Assembly (NCBI GenBank): GCA_963704165.1
Contig: CAVPHD010000007.1
Coordinates: 96,001-160,000, forward strand
Origin: an uncultured delta proteobacterium
Lineage (GTDB): Bacteria; Myxococcota_A; UBA9160; SZUA-336
DNA length: 64,000 bases
Direction: 5' to 3'
Part shown: positions 61,400 through 64,000 of the stretch, piece after piece
How positions within the stretch are numbered: position 1 is the stretch's first letter
Layout: each line of letters begins with the position of its first letter
The notes under the pieces: generated by a model
The model's input: the letters and a program-made list of their open reading frames with translations, nothing else
What the model was told of the DNA's origin: nothing
Database searches by the model: none
Position numbers and translations under genes: made by a program

Positions 61400-62352
61400 G
61401 TGGTCAAGATCATCGGAAACGTGAAGCCCGAGGACGATTACACCCACCCGCTCGGGCCCGAGCCGAACTTCAACGAGTCGGTGTACTTCAACTTCTTCGA
61501 CCGAGCCCAGAATCGCGGCGGATTCCTGCGCATCGGCAACCGCGCCAACGAGGGTCAGGCCGAGATGACCGTGATCGTCTACAACGCGGACGGCTCGGCG
61601 TTCTTCAACTACAAGCGCCCGAAGATCGAATCGAACGACGGCTGGAATGCGGGCGGACTCGAGGTGACCGTGCTCGTGCCCGGCGAGAAGCTGCGCACGC
61701 GCTACGAAGGCTCGGCCGTCTACCTCGCAGACCCGCGCGCGATGAAGGATCCCGGGCGACGCGTTCAAGGAGAACCCGCACAAGAAACTCGTGATCGATC
61801 TCGTGCACGAAGGCGTCGGCCCGATCTACGGCCACGTCGGAAAGCCGGACGACGGCAACGATTTCGCGCGCGCGCACTACGAGCAGCACATGAAGGTGTC
61901 GGGCACGATCTAGATCGAGGACGAGCCGCCGATCGAGATCCGGGGTCACGGGCTGCGCGACCACTCGTGGGGTCCGCGCTACTGGCAGTCGACGCCGTCG
62001 TACCGCTGGATCACGGGCAACTTCGGCGACGATCTCGGCATGGTGATTTCGATCGTCGGTGACCGCGTCGGCGGCGTCTTCCACAAGGGCGAGGAGCTGC
62101 TCCGGATCACGAGCGTCGATCTCGAGACCGACTACGAGAGCGGCACGAACTACCACTCGGTCCTGAGGGCGAACGTGACGCTCTCCGACGGCACGAAGCA
62201 CCGCGTCGAGGGGCGGGTGAACGGCTTCATCCCGCTTCGCAATCGCCGCGCGGGCCAGAACACGCACATCGGCGAGGGCATGACCGAGTACACGCTCGAC
62301 GGCGAGCGCGTCGGCTACGGCCTCATCGGAGTATCTCGACCAGGGCGCATGA
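61400..62352 (+). CDS. Tocopherol-cyclase/AttH-like hypothetical protein; disrupted by two indels and one in-frame TAG
   Basis: NFNESVYFNF, RIGNRANEG, HYEQH, GLRDHSWGPRYW and reconstructed GYGLSEYLDQ; shifts near 61755 and 62325, TAG at 61911. Confidence 0.65.
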
Positions 62353-63662
62353 TCGCCCCGGGTTCCCGCGCGTTCGGAATCGACTTCGGCACGACGAACT
62401 CGGCGCTCGCGATGGTCGAGGGCGACTCCGCGCCGAGGCTGGCGCGCTTCGCGCGGGGTGGCGGAATGACGACCCCGATCTTCCGCTCGGTCGTGTACCT
62501 CGAAGAGCGGCGAGAGGGGCGCCTCGCGCCCCGCGAGCTGGCCGGCCCGCGCGCGATCGCGCGGTATCTCGAGGTCGATGAGCCGGGACGCCTGGTGCAG
62601 TCGCTGAAGTCGTTCCTGGCGGCGCGCGACTTCTCGTCCACGCGGATCTTCGACCGGGAATACCGGCTCGAGACGCTGATCGCGGTGCTGCTGCGTGCAC
62701 TCACCCGTGAAGCCGAGAAGGAGTTCGGAAAGCTCGACGGTCCCGTCGTGGTCGGACGCCCCGTCCGCTTCGTCTCGGCGCGCTCACCCGAGGACGAGGC
62801 GCTCGCGCTCACGCGTCTGCGCGCGGCGTTCGCGACGTCGGGGTTCGACGACGTGGTCTTCGAGTACGAGCCAATCGCCGCCGCGTACCACTACGAGCGG
62901 ACGCTCGAGCGCGACGAGCTGATCTTGATCGGCGATTTCGGCGGTGGAACGAGCGACTTCTCGCTGCTCCGCGTCGGGCCCGGCGCGCGCCGCCAGCGCG
63001 CACGCGGAGAGACGCGGGGCGTGCTCGGGAACGCGGGGGTGCCCGTGGCGGGCGACGTCTTCGACGGGCGGATCGTCCGAGCCGCCGTGGCGCCCGCGCT
63101 CGGACTCGGCAGCGAGTTCCGCTCGATCTTCGGCAACGTGCTGCCCATCCCGCGCTGGATCTACTCCCATCTCGAGCGCTGGCATCATCTGTCGTTCCTG
63201 CGCTCGCCGCGCACGCTCGCGCTGCTCTTCGATCTGCGGCGCGACGCGCTCGATCCTGCCCGGCTCGACGCGCTGATCCACGTCGTCCGCGAAGACCTCG
63301 GCTTTCCGCTCCACCGGGCGGTGGAGCGCGCCAAGCTCGCGCTGACGCGCGACGAGGTGACGCGGCTGCGCTTCGTGGACGCTCCGGCGCGCGTCGAGAC
63401 CCCGATCGCGCGCGCCGAGTTCGAGAGCTGGATCGCACCGGAGCTCGACGCGATCGAGGCCTGTGTCGATGGTCTGCTCCAGAGCACGGGTCTCGCGCGA
63501 GCCGACGTCGATCGCGTCTTCCTGACCGGCGGCTCGTCTCTCGTCCCCGCGGTGCGAGCGCTCTTCGCGTCGCGATTCGGCGTCGACCGCGTTCGCGCGG
63601 GCGACGAGCTGGTTTCGGTCGCGAGCGGCCTCGCGTTGCGGGCGCAGGAACTCGCGGGCTAG
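62349..63662 (+). CDS. Hsp70-family protein, YegD-like (ATPase domain without substrate-binding domain)
   Basis: GIDFGTTNSA, QSLKSFL, VVGRPVRF, YEPIAAA, DFGGGTSDF, FLTGGSS and SVASGL motifs; true start ATG 62349. Confidence 0.9.
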   Translation: MIAPGSRAFGIDFGTTNSALAMVEGDSAPRLARFARGGGMTTPIFRSVVYLEERREGRLAPRELAGPRAIARYLEVDEPGRLVQSLKSFLAARDFSSTRIFDREYRLETLIAVLLRALTREAEKEFGKLDGPVVVGRPVRFVSARSPEDEALALTRLRAAFATSGFDDVVFEYEPIAAAYHYERTLERDELILIGDFGGGTSDFSLLRVGPGARRQRARGETRGVLGNAGVPVAGDVFDGRIVRAAVAPALGLGSEFRSIFGNVLPIPRWIYSHLERWHHLSFLRSPRTLALLFDLRRDALDPARLDALIHVVREDLGFPLHRAVERAKLALTRDEVTRLRFVDAPARVETPIARAEFESWIAPELDAIEACVDGLLQSTGLARADVDRVFLTGGSSLVPAVRALFASRFGVDRVRAGDELVSVASGLALRAQELAG

Positions 63663-64000
63663 TCGGGCGTCGCGATGGCGACCGGGTCGAGCCGGATCGG
63701 CACCGACTTCGTCCCGTCCCGGATCTGGCCGACGACCCGGTCGGCCCACGTATAGTGCTCCCGCATCAGCTCGTGGATCCGGTCGCGGATCGCCGGATCG
63801 TCGCGGACGGGCACGGCCCGGAAGCGGATCGCCTCGCCACGGCGTTCGACCACGACGTCGGGGTTCGCGTCGATGCGCTGGAGCCAGGTGTTGTCCGGCA
63901 TGCCGGCGCGGAGCCAGGCATGGCCCCCGTCGTCGACGATCCAGACGCGCGTCTCGACGTCGCCGTCGGGTCCAGCCGTGTGCAGCGTGACGATCTCGCC
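63659..64000 (-). CDS. Split-barrel flavin/deazaflavin-dependent oxidoreductase-like protein, 5' end outside the window
   Basis: Frame is open to the window edge: IVTLHT..ETRVWIVDD..WLRAG..WLQRIDANPDV. Confidence 0.6.
   Translation of the reverse strand, partial: GEIVTLHTAGPDGDVETRVWIVDDGGHAWLRAGMPDNTWLQRIDANPDVVVERRGEAIRFRAVPVRDDPAIRDRIHELMREHYTWADRVVGQIRDGTKSVPIRLDPVAIATPD

Noticed and set aside
62040..63662. Novel fusion of a beta-rich domain with Hsp70
   Set aside because: Caused by one extra base near 62325; correcting it restores GYGLSEYLDQGA-stop and a separate Hsp70 start.

Overview
High-GC bacterial chromosome segment. The gene set and DksA/Tol-Pal style suggest a Myxococcota/deltaproteobacteria-like organism (inference only). 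1-14.2 kb is housekeeping: partial pepA, tolQRAB-pal-cpoB-dksA-tsaD-rsmA, panBCD-smpB with a structured leader, a metzincin lipoprotein, a DedA-like protein, an RlmI-like methyltransferase and tmRNA. 14.3-38.3 kb is metabolic: acyl-CoA dehydrogenase, phosphoketolase, USP plus an ~8.5 kb cyclic beta-1,2-glucan synthase, and a CoA-ester cluster (enoyl-CoA hydratase, single-chain biotin carboxylase, PhyH dioxygenase, MaoC/hotdog proteins, nitronate monooxygenase), then a YddA/BacA-type ABC transporter. 38.5-52.4 kb is envelope and efflux: PEP-CTERM protein, glycosyltransferases, hldE, TetR-YbhGFR-like pump, uppP, ArnC/ArnT-like genes and an ABC-2 operon. 52.4-64 kb holds protein-modification genes (sirtuin divergent from a SET methyltransferase coupled to citrate synthase; a divergent SelO-like protein heading a MacAB-type operon) and a YegD-like Hsp70. 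Best novelty candidates: the sirtuin/SET/citrate synthase cassette, a leaderless-uORF attenuator before the ABC-2 operon, the SelO variant lacking its Lys-Glu pair, a probable AUA start for rsmA, and a switchable panB leader. Several blocks carry clustered indels that look like sequencing errors. No integrase, transposase, CRISPR array, rRNA or tRNA was seen.
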